A stretch of 64,000 nt of DNA from Octopus sinensis (Eukaryota): contig NC_042998.1 of the NCBI RefSeq assembly GCF_006345805.1, positions 2,294,001 through 2,358,000 on the forward strand. The letters are read 5' to 3'. Below the pieces are notes generated by a model. It did not search any database, was not told the origin of the DNA, and worked only from the letters and a program-made list of their open reading frames with translations. The translations under genes were made by a program, and so were the position numbers. Shown here in pieces: positions 25,541 to 38,265 of the stretch; the stretch's first letter is position 1; every line of letters starts with the position of its first letter.

Positions 25541-26420
25541 ACGTTTTTGTTTGGGTGCAGCTGTGGAAATTTCTAAGTTTATTGAAAATTTTAAAATTTG
25601 GTTTATTAATGTAGTTTCCGAAGCTGAAGCTCGAGAGATATTACACTTTTTACAGAAAAATTTTCAAAAAAAGATATAGAGGTTTAAAGTTTGATCATTT
25701 TCACCGTCAGAAAACAGGATTTGGAAGCTGTCAATTTGTCCATGACGTGTTTCAATACGAAACAGTAAATACAACCTATGCTTTATACACGACATAAAAC
25801 CCCTCATGACTTTTTTTTTTATTTTTTGGAATTTTCAGAAAATTTTTACAAATTTGCATTCTACACTCAGGAATTCATGCAAGTATACAAGAACCAAAGG
25901 AAAAAAATCTGGAGTGCATGATTTACGGCCTATTTGGCTGTTATTTTTAGCACATCTCTCGGCCAGGGTACAAACAACAGATGGGCATAAGCAGCAGGAC
26001 ACAGAGTTAATGAACATGCCTTTGCGTAGAGTATATTTGTCAACACAAACAAAAGAGTTCTCATGTTTGGCTTGTTACTATGGAAACAGGCATGAATGTG
26101 TCTGTGACTTACGATTGGCTAAAATTACCCAAAATTTGCAAACTTTAATAGCTAATAACTTTTAATTCATTGATTTATGGTGAAAATTAATTTTATGGCA
26201 TTGATTAGCATATAATCATTACACTGAATATGGAATCAATTCGAACAGAAATGAAAGAGATTGGAAATTGTTTGCCAAACAGAAAAAATCCCAAATACTT
26301 ATCAGAGTGTGTAAATTATGATTATATCGGAATTTTATGAGAAAAGAAAAATAGTGAGCATGCACACATACATACTGATGAACATTACAATGTTTTTCCA
26401 AAATCTCAAGTTTCATTTTA

Positions 26421-27653
26421 TATGAGAGGGTACCCAAAAGGGACTGGAATTAGTCATTTAGCTTTACATGTTAATACTTTAATCACCTTCAAAGGATTCT
26501 CCATTCGAAGCAATGCATTGGTCCAAACATGTTTTCCATTGTTTGAAGCAGTCCTGGAACTCTTGTGAAGTGATGCCGTTTAATGCCTCTGTGGTTTTCC
26601 CCTTCACCTCTTCCACATGTGCAAAACGTTTTCCTTTAAGGACTCTTTTCATTTGGGGAACAGAAAAAAAGTTGCAGGGAGCAAAATCGGGTGAATAGGG
26701 AGGGTGGGTAGGTGGAGTCATGCCATTTTTGGTCAAAACATGTCTTACACTCAAGGCGGTGTGTGCAGGCGCATTGTCATGATGAAACCACCACTCTCCA
26801 CTTTGGCGCAGGTCAGGGCATTTTCATCCCACCGCATGTCTCAAACTCTCCAAGAACTGCCAAGTAAAATGTCTGGTTAACAGTTTGACCCACGAGGAAC
26901 AAATTCTGTGTCGGACAATTCCTTTCACATCGATGAAACAAATCAGTGTTGTCTTGACACTGGACTTCACTCAATGCACTTTTGGAGAAGGGCGTGGTGA
27001 CATTGAATGCCTCCATTGACTCAATTGCTGCTTTGTTTCTGGATTATATCCAGAGCATCAGCTTTCGTCACCAGTGATGACCTTCGTAAAAAGGTCCGGA
27101 TCAACTTCCAGCTGTTCTTTCAGTTCACAACAAGCATTCACTTGTGACTGCTTTTGATCTTCTGTGACCAAGCGAGGCACAACTCTTTTCATTCGCAATT
27201 CCTCGTTCAAAATTCGTTGGCAGGAGCTCCGGGACACACCAGTCATACCAACAAATTCGTCAACTGTTTGGCAACAGTTCTCTAGGATCAGTTCATTAAT
27301 TTTCGTGATGTTTACATTCATTCAGTAAGTGGACGGTCACCTTGAATAAGGTTCGTCGACGAACGATCATTCCTAAAGAATAAAAACTACTCGTGAAGCC
27401 TGACAACCGTTTTGGTTGCTGCTTTCCCCAGCAGAAAACAGAATTTCATGGAAACACGCTGTTCCTTCGCTTCAGGGGAGAAGTACTGCAAAACCAAGAC
27501 GTACCACGTGGCAGTAAGACTTCCCTCGACGACGCCAGTCGGCAAACTGATGCCTGAAGGTCGCGTCAAGTGGCTATTAGCAGTGGAAGTCTGAATTACA
27601 ACAGGTTTGTCTCACAAAGAACATTTCCGGTTACCTTTGGGTACGCCCTTGAA
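26421..27653 (-). mobile_element. Full-length but inactivated mariner transposon (~1.23 kb)
   Basis: ~30-bp TIRs (tatgagagggtacccaaaag… / …cctttgggtacgcccttgaa); EQRVSMKFC, KVITGDES, HHDNAPAH, YSPDFAPCNFF, CIASNGESFEGD split by frameshifts. Confidence 0.92.
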
Positions 27654-28234
27654 TGTGATGTGTCAGTTTGTATGTGGACGATACCACCAATTTGTTTTTT
27701 CTTTGTCATATTAAATTCCGATATAATTGTAATCTACTCATTCTAAAAGGTATTTTACAAAATTTTATTAAAATTTACTCATTTTTCTTTCTCAGAATTT
27801 AAGTCTTTAACCCATAATCAGGGTATTCAAGGACATTTCAGTAACAAGAACCTTTTAGAAAGGGGATAAATTTGCTATTAGAATTGGGTCCCTAGACTCG
27901 TGAAGCCTCTGGACGACTGCCCAGTGTGCCCATACCTTATGCTAAGCATAAACTTATACATATTTCAGTACATTAAACATATTGAAAGAATGCCAACATG
28001 GAATGCCCTAAACATGAGCCAAGTGTCATAACAACTATCAGACAATGTTTATAAGCGATAACAAATAGCAATCCCAAGGCGGGGTTAATTGGTTTGTTCG
28101 TTCGTTTTCTCAATAAATCATCGGTAGTTTGTTTTTGTTGTCTATTTAACGTTTAACAGAATTGAAATATTTTTACCTGAAATATTTTTAGTCAATAAAT
28201 AAAATATGAGAGGAATTAAAGTAAATTTACTTAC

Positions 28235-28351
28235 ATAAATTAGTTGTTTCTCATAGCGAGCTTTTAATTCTTGCAGTAATATATTTTCGTCCAACTTGGA
28301 TAAAGTTGTTAAATCTTCCACAGTTCCACTCACGTAACTGTCATCAATCAT
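28235..28351 (-). CDS. Unconventional myosin (class III/XVI-like motor domain), first coding exon
   Basis: MIDDSYVSGTVEDLTTLSKLDENILLQELKARYEKQLIY matches the myosin head start (EDL..L..LDE..L..L..RY....IY); ATG at 28351 with an in-frame TGA upstream (28367-28369); GTAAG donor at 28234; phase 0. Confidence 0.9.
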
Positions 28352-29093
28352 GTTTGAGGAATATAGTCAGGACAAATAACAAACGAAAGTGTTCTAAGAT
28401 AATACCCAAATGTAAAAAGAAAATGAGTGTCAAAACGTTAGATAGTCCGTTGCATCTAGATCCAGCTCACAGCTTAAACTTATTGTTGTGACTTTCCTAT
28501 AAATTAACTTTAGTGACTGTAAACAAGAAAAGAATATTAGTTGAGTGACTTCCCACCAGTTACCATTTCACTATTGGCTGGTGACTCCAAATAAACACAC
28601 ACACACACACACAGATATGATTCAAATGTAGGTGTGACTAGCACATTGTAATTAACATGTGAAACCAACCCTCCTGTGTGTGCGCGAGTGAGTGTCTCTG
28701 TATACATTCTTTTTTTTGTTTCTCAGTTACTCCCAAAACTTCTCACGACATTGTGCTGTACGGATGACTAAACATTGCCTAATGTACTTCGTAGCATTCC
28801 TTAGCAGTCATATAAGAAAGATATATCAATAGCTGTTTTTAGATGATAATTCGTCTACTTTTCAATGACTGTTGGGGATTGGAGCTCTCATTTACCGCTG
28901 CTGGGACGAATTTTCGACTCTGATATTTATTGTGTTTTTAACCCAGCAAATCCATAAAGGATGTTATCCCAGCGCAACTAGTGTTGTAGACATTTAGTAT
29001 GATATATTGATAGCAATTTTAATTAAATACTACCTTAACTGTGTATACCAGATTTCCAATCAGTTGGGTGGCTGTTTGCAACATCAGGGAGTG

Positions 29094-29258
29094 CAGAGCC
29101 GGCTCAAGGTAATGACAACTCGGGCGCTCGCCCGGGGCGCCATGGGCTAGGAGCGCCAAGGAGGGCGTGACAAAGACAAGGAAATTTTCACGACCGTTGG
29201 CTTGTACACTCCGAAGTTCAGCTTGCCCGGAGCGCCAGCATCCCTAGAGTTAGCCCTG
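29094..29258. mobile_element. GC-rich hAT-like MITE (related element ~61411-61578)
   Basis: CAGAGCCGGCTC…GAGTTAGCCCTG termini. Confidence 0.55.
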
Positions 29259-29522
29259 GTGAATGTTGTATTTACAGTTTTGTTACAGCAGAGATGATGG
29301 CTTCTCTTTCAAGTATGTGGCTGACTGTCAGTGTGTGCCTGTGACGACGGAGTTTAATGACGAGGCTTGCGCCAGAGAAGGGACTGGAGAACAATAGTTG
29401 CTTGATAATTATTGATATAGGAAATATTCATTCACTTGTTCATATATCATTGTCTTTGGAGAGAATCATTCTGCTAATAAAACGCAAACACTGGTTGTAT
29501 TTAACTTTCGTTTTATTATCAA

Positions 29523-29916
29523 CTTGCAGTATCGCCCGGCGTTGCTCGGGTTTGTAAGGGAAATAACTATATAAGCATTTTTAGAGATGTAAAGTATAAT
29601 AGCCATTTCAATATGGCTAACCACAAAGGGGGGGATGTTACTGTAGCTTTTTACGTTCCGAGATTTAATAAAGTTTTAGAGAGTTACTTCCCTTATATAT
29701 AACAAAAATGCATTAAAAATGGGAAAAATTGATGGTAAACTTTTTTTTAAATCGTAGACTCATCGTAGACGCGCGCTAATACCCAGAAGGGCTCGATATG
29801 AATCACGACTATAAGATACCCGGTTTTGGTTAAACTGCACCGCAAAATGTGGGAGTAGTTAGGAATCTAAATCGTAGGAGACAGACAGCACACAACCTCA
29901 CTTTTGTATATAAGGA
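29523..29916 (-). mobile_element. Non-autonomous Helitron
   Basis: 3' hairpin cccgagcaacgccggg followed by a mutated CTAG; shares its 3' part with 56510-56890 and 60435-60618. Confidence 0.75.
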
Positions 29917-30229
29917 TATCAACTAAATAATTAATTGACCAATTAACTAATTGAGTGGCTCATCAAAGTCCTTTTGTCACACCTGACTTTACCAAATATC
30001 TTGCTCTTCATGCATTCACTCTATGCAGTGGCATAGCCTGAGTGTTTGTCGTCTGGGGTTGCCCTCAAGTTTGCTGCCCCAACTCTCTATACAGACTTAT
30101 ACAACAGACTCAAAGTTGACACCCTAATAACAGTGTCATCCCAGGCAGCAGCATCCAGCAATTCTATTGACTCCATGTTATATGCACTCACTCTTTGCTC
30201 TATGTTAACTTCTTGAAATGTTTTGTCTA

Positions 30230-30550
30230 GCAGGTTACTTGGTGACCCTGCCAGTGCTGGTGTCACATAAAAAGCATCCAGTCCACCACACTGTAGAGTG
30301 GTTGGCATGTGGAAGGCCATCCAGCTGTAAATACCTTGCCAAAACTGATCTCGCCCGTGCTTGTGCCATGTAAAAAGCACTCAGTCCATTCTGCTGGGTG
30401 GTCTGTGTTTGGAAAGGCATCCAGCCGTAAAAAACCATACCAAAACAGACTCAGTAGTCTGGAGCAGGCTTCTACCTGGCCAGCTCCTGTCAAACCGTTC
30501 AACCCATGCCAGCATGGAAGGTGGACATTAAACAATGATGATGATGATGA
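30230..30550 (+). mobile_element. RTE-type 3' tail (other copies 6753-7075, 30768-31000, 59185-59340, 62216-62400)
   Basis: gaaggcatccagc…aacccatgccagcatggaa…(GAT)n. Confidence 0.75.
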
Positions 30551-31087
30551 TATTTTGCTAGGTTTTGATATTGATAACCTATAAAATGTGTCAGGGCTTT
30601 CTTTTGTATAAGGGTGGTGAGCATGTGTGTACCTGTGTGTACCTGTGTGCATATGTGAGCTTTGTTGTCTTTATTGTTTTCATAATTTTGGTTTTTGCTT
30701 GTAATGTCTTTCCTTATGTACTAAACATAGACACACGCGTGCACGCACGCACACACACACACACATATATCATCATCATTTAGTGTCTGTTTTCCAAACT
30801 GGCATGGGTTGGACAGTTTGACAGGAGCTGTTTCCAGCCGAAGAACTGTCCAGGTTCCAATTGTCTGTTTTGGCATGGTTTCTGTGGTTGGATGCCCTTC
30901 CTAATGCCAACCACTTTACAGTGTGTAGCTGGGGTTTTTTTATATGCCCCTGATACAGGTGCATTTACATGACATCAGCCAAAGTGCATTTTATGTGGCA
31001 CTTAGTGCATCCAACTTAACTTTGATATGATGATTATAATGCTGAAGAATCATATGTAGCCAACAAATGCTAAAACATATTAAAATT

Positions 31088-31502
31088 CTTATTTCTTTAT
31101 TGCCCACAAGGGGCTAAACATAGAGGAGACAAACAAGGACAGAGAAAGGGATTAAGTCAATTACATCGACCCCAGTGCGTAACAGGTACTTAATTTATCG
31201 ACCTTGAAAGAATGAAAGGCAAAGTCGACCTTGGCGGAATTTGAACTCGGAACGTAGCGGCAGACAAAATACCTATTTCTTTACTACCCACAAGGGGCTA
31301 AACACAGAGAGGACAAACAAGGACAGACAAACGAATTAAGTCGATTACATCAATTTCAGTGCGTAAGTGGTACTTAATTTATCAAACCCGAAAGGATGAA
31401 AGGCAAAGTCGACATCGGCAGAATTTGAACTCAGAACGTAACGGCAGAAGAAATACTGCTAAGCATTTCGCCCAGTTAACGTTTCTGCCAGCTCACCACC
31501 TT
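31088..31502 (-). mobile_element. Family A SINE with tandemly duplicated body
   Basis: Same dimer junction (aaatacctatttctttactacccac) as 21137-21553. Confidence 0.88.
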
Positions 31503-33202
31503 ATATTAAAACATATTAAAATTCTACAATAGAATTTTGATGCTTTTTATCATTTATCATCTTCATGAAATAATTTCCCAGGATGTTTTCAGCAATTGAA
31601 GCTGTTATAAACAACACATCCAAGTTGAGTTGTGGATGTGCTAATTAATATTTGCTATGAAAGCTGCTTCTATATATTTATGTTGTCATTGTAGCAAGTG
31701 TCATTATTCTGGAATTTTTCAGTGGGTGTGACCTGTAATTTTTTTTCTTTATTCTTTTGCATTATGCAGTCATGCATGTCAAGATTTGATATATTTTTTC
31801 TCTCAATGTCTCAAAGGTGGAATAAAGCAGTTTTCAGGCCCTGACAAAATTCAAGACTGCTTTGATTTTTTTTTCTTTCTGTCTTTAGAGAGAGTACTAT
31901 CATATAATCTAGGCCCTTCTTTAGTAGTTGAGGCCAGGACTGATGAACTGGTTAAACTACATACATACGTGCATCATTGATTGATTGATTGATTGACTGT
32001 CAAGATTAGACGCAACAGTCACGGAGACATTGTAATTCATACTGGAAAAAAGATATCATTGCAGTATAGTACTTCTTACCTCCCCTTATTTTTACTTTAT
32101 GAAATCCTACCAAACTCTGTCCTACATACTTGATTCCAATTTTTACCTTCTCACAACTGGAACCATCCGGAACTCCTTTCTCTAGATTTCCCCTACAAGC
32201 ATCAACTTTCAAAGGTGTAACCTGAACAATTTCACAAGTCAGATAGGGGTGGGAAATGGAGTCGGTTATGGTGCAAATATTATGGTTGGCTTACTTTCTG
32301 GGCTAAGTGATGATTTGTAAGATAGGCACAAGGCAACAAGTCCCTGAGTAATACTGACCCAAGGCCATACAGTTGGGCTATTTATTTTGTACCCACCCAC
32401 CCCACCCACACCACACACTAGAAAGTGAACATCAAAGTTGATCTGCTAAATCTACAGTGACCTGTAAAATTGTTACTGATTTATTAGTTTACAATAACAA
32501 TCTGAAATTTTACTTAGAGTATATGTATAGTCTGAAGAAAGATGGCTACTATCAGACTTGGGCATGTGTGTTTAAGAAGTTCATTTCACTGCTACATGTT
32601 TCCTTCTATTATATTTCAATTCACATCTTGAATCTTTAGAGGAAAATGTTAGTCGTATACAGATTGACTCCAGGTTTGATCCATGTGTGTGGCATTTGGA
32701 ATAAATGTCTTCTACAGTTCTACTAGAGCCTTGGTTGACCAGTACATTGTCAGTGGAATTTGGTTGGCTGAAACTGTGCGGAAGCTTGTCATATATGTTT
32801 GTGTGTGGGTGTGTATGTATCTGTTTGTTTATCTATCTATCCTTCCATATGTCCATCCGAATGTCCATTCATCCATCCAATACATACATATATATATACA
32901 TATATATGTACATGGTTTTATCTGATACCGGAAAACTTAATAGATTATTATTATATGCTTCATATTACTAAATGGAAACGAACTGGACTAATATAAAAAT
33001 ATTTAGAGACTAATTATATTGTAAGAATTTGAACCCCAACTGGGAAATTATCAGTTCATGGTCATGAAAAAGCCACAACATGTTGATATGGACAACTTTA
33101 AAATCAACCAATCAGCTTTAAGCCATGCCATGAACACCTCAAATATTCTTGAGATTCCTGCCCGAGCTAAGCAGTTTAGCACCGAAATCACATCAGAGTG
33201 TT

Positions 33203-33625
33203 AATAATAATAATAATAATTGTGTACAGTGCTCAGGTGCACTACAACTCATCGAAAGTGTATATATAATCAGGTGTAGTTTCGACGGATTTCGGAAAGC
33301 ATGAGGGCCTTAAAAGATGCAGTGTCATGGCAGTCAACAACTGACGCAGGCAGTTTATTCCATGCTTCAGCAACTCTGAGTGTGAAGAAATGTTTCCGAA
33401 AGTCATGGGAGCTGTGTTGTTTTCTGACTTTGTGGGCATGTCCACGTGTGTTAGACACATGGAGATCAAAAAGGTGTTCAGTGTTGTTGTTGGTGAGGTG
33501 GTTGATAACCTTGTGGGTGTTTACCAAGTCCGTCGCCAGACGCCGGAGCTTCAGTGAATCCATGCCCAGGGAAGCAAGGCGCTCAGAATATGGTAGGTGT
33601 CTGATGGAGGGTATGCGTTTGGCAT
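33203..33625 (-). mobile_element. CR1-clade LINE 3' fragment with (TTA)n tail; a short tail copy lies at 39813-39905
   Basis: LPYSERL…SLKLRRLATDL…TRGHAHK…RKHFFTLRVAEAWNKLP. Confidence 0.88.
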
Positions 33626-36270
33626 TCAAGCAAGACAAATTTGGGTTTTCATCCAACAGGCCTTAACAATTTGCAGTGGACTTTAACTTTTGTTTTGCAC
33701 TTTTCCAGACAGCTAATGGCTAAACAAACACAGTTGACTCAATTCTTAGATACTATTCTGAATATCAGTGAGACTGTGTTAATTTCTGTATGATACTTTT
33801 ACATTTATCCATCAATAAAATCTGTTGTTAAACGTTTGTGAGTTTGCTTTTGTTGTACTGTATGCAACTAGCCTGATTTTATTTTCAGTTAATGGAAATA
33901 CAGCATCAATCTTTCTTGACAACTTGACCCTGCAAAAATGGTGATTCAACCTAGAAAGGTCTACAACAAACAATCCACATGGCAATGGCCTCCAGCAAAC
34001 ACAATAGTACACAGCTTGGTATTTGGTCCATCTTGTTTGCATTTATGTACTTGGATATATGCATTATTACTGGCACTCCATCGGTGACTATCACCAATGA
34101 ACCAGTTGATTCACTCAACAGAACAGCCTGCTTGTGGAATTACCACTCGAGTGGCTGAGCATACCACAGACATGAGTACCCTTAATGCTGTTGTCAGGGA
34201 GATTTAGTATGACACAGTATGGGAGCTGGCCCTTTGAAATACAGGCACTACTCATTTTTGCCAGCTGAGTGGACTGGAGCAAGGTGAAATAAAGTGTCTT
34301 GCTCAAGGACACAATGCATCACAGGGAATCAAACCCCCAACCTCACAATTGTGAGCTGAATATGCTAACCACTAGGCTAGATGCATGTACACACACACAC
34401 ACATTCAATCGTTCATTTGCTTCTCAGCCACATTTTAAGCTGTGTGACACCATAGGTTAATATCTTCTTCTATAACCCTGGACTACATCAATGCCTTGTG
34501 ACTAAATTCAGTTAGTGGAAACTGTACAGCAAACAGATGGATGTGTGTGTGTATCCACGTATACATTTGGACATGTGTCTTGTCAGCTAGAAACCAAAAA
34601 GCCTGCAGTATTCCTACCTCACTGTCACTTTCAGAAACACAATGAACCTGTGATTGGCCCAGTAGAAACCTGTAACTAATGTTGCTGAAGGCAGTGAGCT
34701 GGCAGAATGGTTGGCACACTGGGCAAAATGCTTAGTGACATTTTGTTCATCTTTACATTCTGAGTTCAAATTCTGCCAAGGTTGTCTTTACCATTCATCC
34801 TTTTCGGGGTCGATAAAATACGTACCAGTTGAGTGTTGGGGGTCTTGCAATAGGCTTATCCCCTCCTCCGAAATTGCTGGACTTGTGCCAAAATTTGAAA
34901 TCAATCTTGCTATTGTTTAAGGCGGTAAGCTGGCATTTCATCTGTCTTTATGTTTTGAGTTCAAATTATGCTGTGCTCGACTTTGCCTTTCATCATTCCA
35001 GGGTCAGTAAAATAGTACCAGTTGATTACTGGGATCAATGTAATTGACTTATTCCCTCTCCTGGCCATGCTAGCCTTGTGACAAAATTTAAAACCAATAC
35101 AGCAACTGTTTACAAAATATGAAATTAAAATAAATATGCTAATGTCATAAGAATTTTATAAACTTTCAAAAGAACATGAAGTTTTTTTCTTTTCCTTCTT
35201 TTGGAACAGTATAACTCGAAGCAGAAACAGCTATAAATTAGTCATCCATAGGACTTTCTGAATGGCACGCTTAATGAAAAATTACCTTCAGTTTTTTTTT
35301 GTTAATAGTGCAGCCTGCCTGAGGAAGGGCTTTGTCTGTTGCAGTTCGTTTCTTGAAAATGGTTTCCCATTCTTACTATAAATATTGGGTTAAAAATCAC
35401 TTTTGGATAGAAAAAATCAAAAGCTGCTTGTGAGACCACTTTTTCTACTCTACCGGTTTTTGTAACCCAAAATTTACATGATGTTATTTATAGCTTTATC
35501 TGCTTCGAGTTAGATCAGGCATAAAATAATCAGGCATGGCTGTGTGGTAAGAAGCTTGCTACCCAACCACATAGTTCTGGGTTCAATCCCTCTACATCGC
35601 ACCTTGGGTAAGTGTCTTCTACTATAGTTTCAGGCCCAGTGCATGGATTTGGTAGACGGAAACTGAAAAAACATTTTATATATATTTGTGTGTGTGTGTG
35701 TGCACGCATGTGCATGCATGTCTGTGTGTGTGTGTATGTGTCCCATCACAACTTGACAACCGGTGTTGGTGCATTTATGTCCTTGTAATATAGCAGTTTG
35801 GCAAAATGGAATGATAAGAATAGGTTAATTCTTTCTTTTTCTTTTATTTTGTTTCAGTCATTTGATTGCAGACATGCTGGAGCACCGCATATAGTTGAGC
35901 ACTTGGAGGCACTTGTAAAAATTTAACGAAATTTTAATGAAAGGATCAGCCCCCATTTTCCGGACAAAATAGTGTTTTGTGGCATATTAAGTCACCGTAA
36001 TTCATTCATCGAAAAAAAAGGAAAAACATTTTCCAATAATTCCGGTTTCCTCCCCCACCCCCTTTCCAATAAAAATAGGGGTTTTGCAGCACATTAGACA
36101 TCTCTAATGCATGCCGTTTAAAAGGTATTTATATACAATCTCATTAAAAGATATCCATTTTCCTCAAAGTTACGAGGGAAAAACTCGGATCTTGTGAATC
36201 TTGTAAATTTCCCAAAGTCCTCTCCCCATCTCCTCGGAAAAGATTTTCCCCACAAATTTCTTAATAACCT

Positions 36271-36492
36271 AATTCTTTACTACCCACAAGGGGCTAAACA
36301 CAGAGAGGACAAACAAACGGATTAAGTCGATTACATCGACCCCAGTGCGTAACTGGTACTTATTTAATCGACCCCGAAAGGATGAAAGGCAAAGTCGACC
36401 TCGGCGGAATTTGAACTCAGAACCGTAGCGGCAGGCGAAATACCGCTAAGCATTCGCCCGGCGTGCTAACGTTTCTGCCATCTCGCCGCCTT
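36271..36492 (-). mobile_element. Young family A SINE ~200 bp upstream of the TBCA ATG
   Basis: Near-consensus copy with intact CpGs. Confidence 0.88.
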
Positions 36493-36560
36493 GATGGAAG
36501 AAAAGATAATCACTGAACTTCTCGGACGAGTCGTGGAACTTGTGTAGCAAGGACCGGTTA

Positions 36561-36570
36561 TGCGCATGCG
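36561..36570. promoter_or_regulatory. NRF-1/Ewg-type motif in the TBCA promoter
   Basis: TGCGCATGCG ~120 bp upstream of the TBCA ATG in a locally CpG-richer patch. Confidence 0.45.
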
Positions 36571-36689
36571 TACATCTGCAGTTCCTGTCTCGTGCCATTC
36601 ATTGGGTTTGTGTTTGTGTTGGAAACGGAAACCGAATTCCTGGGAAATTTCCTCGGATTCCAGCGAAACAAATCATTTATCACCAGAAA

Positions 36690-36742
36690 ATGGCAGATCC
36701 TCGAATTAAACAGATTCGCATCAAGACAGGAGTCGTAAAGCG
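36690..36742 (+). CDS. TBCA: Tubulin-specific chaperone A, exon 1
   Basis: MADPRIKQIRIKTGVVKR is the conserved TBCA N-terminus; GT donor at 36743 (phase 2). Confidence 0.96.
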
Positions 36743-38197
36743 GTAAACATAATTGATTCCGTCTTTAATAATTTTAGGTTCTGACATGAATTGAAGCTTT
36801 TTAGATTTCCCTTATTTATTAATTATTATTAATTATTAATTTATTATTATTATTATTTTGTGTAATTGCAGTTTAATTCAATGCAAAATGTATTTAAAAC
36901 CTCAACAATTACCAACGAAAGTAACATTAAATGGTTTTTAATTTTTCATTGTAAATTATAAAAAAGGATCAGCAAAGATGCTTTCTTTTTCCATCTTCCT
37001 CCACAACTGAAGAAGCTGCAAAAGTGTTGTTGATTTGCTCCATGGCAACCTTGATTCAGCCAACATCGATCAAAAGATTTCCAACCATGGCCATCCTGTA
37101 TTTTAAGTGTAATATAGGATCGTTTCTTTGCCTCGAGAAGACAACAAGGTGTCACCTGAGAGAAATTGGTTGCTATTTGCAGTGGAAGGGTAACAACCGA
37201 GATAGCAATCGATGTTGCTATTGTTTAGCCCCCGGTCGGTCCTGTCTGGGCAAACCTATCATCGAATATAGATGCAATCCATGATTATTCCATCTTTTCG
37301 CAGAGTCATAGTCGCATTGTCTGGTTTGCTTAATTTTTTTTATGACTCCTGGGTCTGAGTCGAAGGGAATTTAGCCATTTTGAGGCTTCTTCTTGACTCT
37401 CTTCATATCGAATACTTTTCCTTCGTCGGACCAGCGGAAATTTCAGACACTTGTTTTATAATGATGACTCAGAAGAAATGATGTCACCAGGCACTTCCTT
37501 ACTTACCGAATGCCAGTGTCTGCATATTACTTTTAAATAATAAGTGTGTTGGTTTTATCTGATTAAAAAAACAGACATGAACAGCTTCTGTAGTCTATAA
37601 TAAAGTGTAACTTAATTCCCTTCGAACTGTAAAGGTGCAACGTTCAAAGGTAGCAACATTCCGATGAGTTACATTCTTTGCATATTTCTATAAAAGATTT
37701 TAAGATTTCAACCTGGCCTCATATTTCAGACTCATTGAATAGCAATCCTATTTTGAGATTAGTGATTTCAGTTGGTGCAGATAAAAACAGATGCGTTTCA
37801 ATTCGAATCAGAACGATTTACCTAATGAAATTTAATTGTATTAAAATTTCAAAGAAGTGCGCCTGATCTTTTATCATAACTCGGAAATAGTTAGAAATTT
37901 TAAAAAATAATGTGATTTGTTTCAGTGATAGCAAAGCTGTTGGTTGTTCATTTCACCAATTTCTTGTTTTGAATATTGGCGTTGGTTGTTTGAATGAATA
38001 TGTGACGTCTATAATTGGTGAATTGACTTAAAGTGAGAAGTATTTTGTTTTAAGATAACGGAAATATTTTATAGCATGTTTTTTATAGCTCCAGTCTACA
38101 TTAATAAACTTCCTATTTTAAGTGATCTAAATTAAGACGTTCAATTAAAATGTTATGCCAACTCATGTTCTTAGCATTAGTTTAATGATGACAAAGG

Positions 38198-38265
<68 letters not shown>

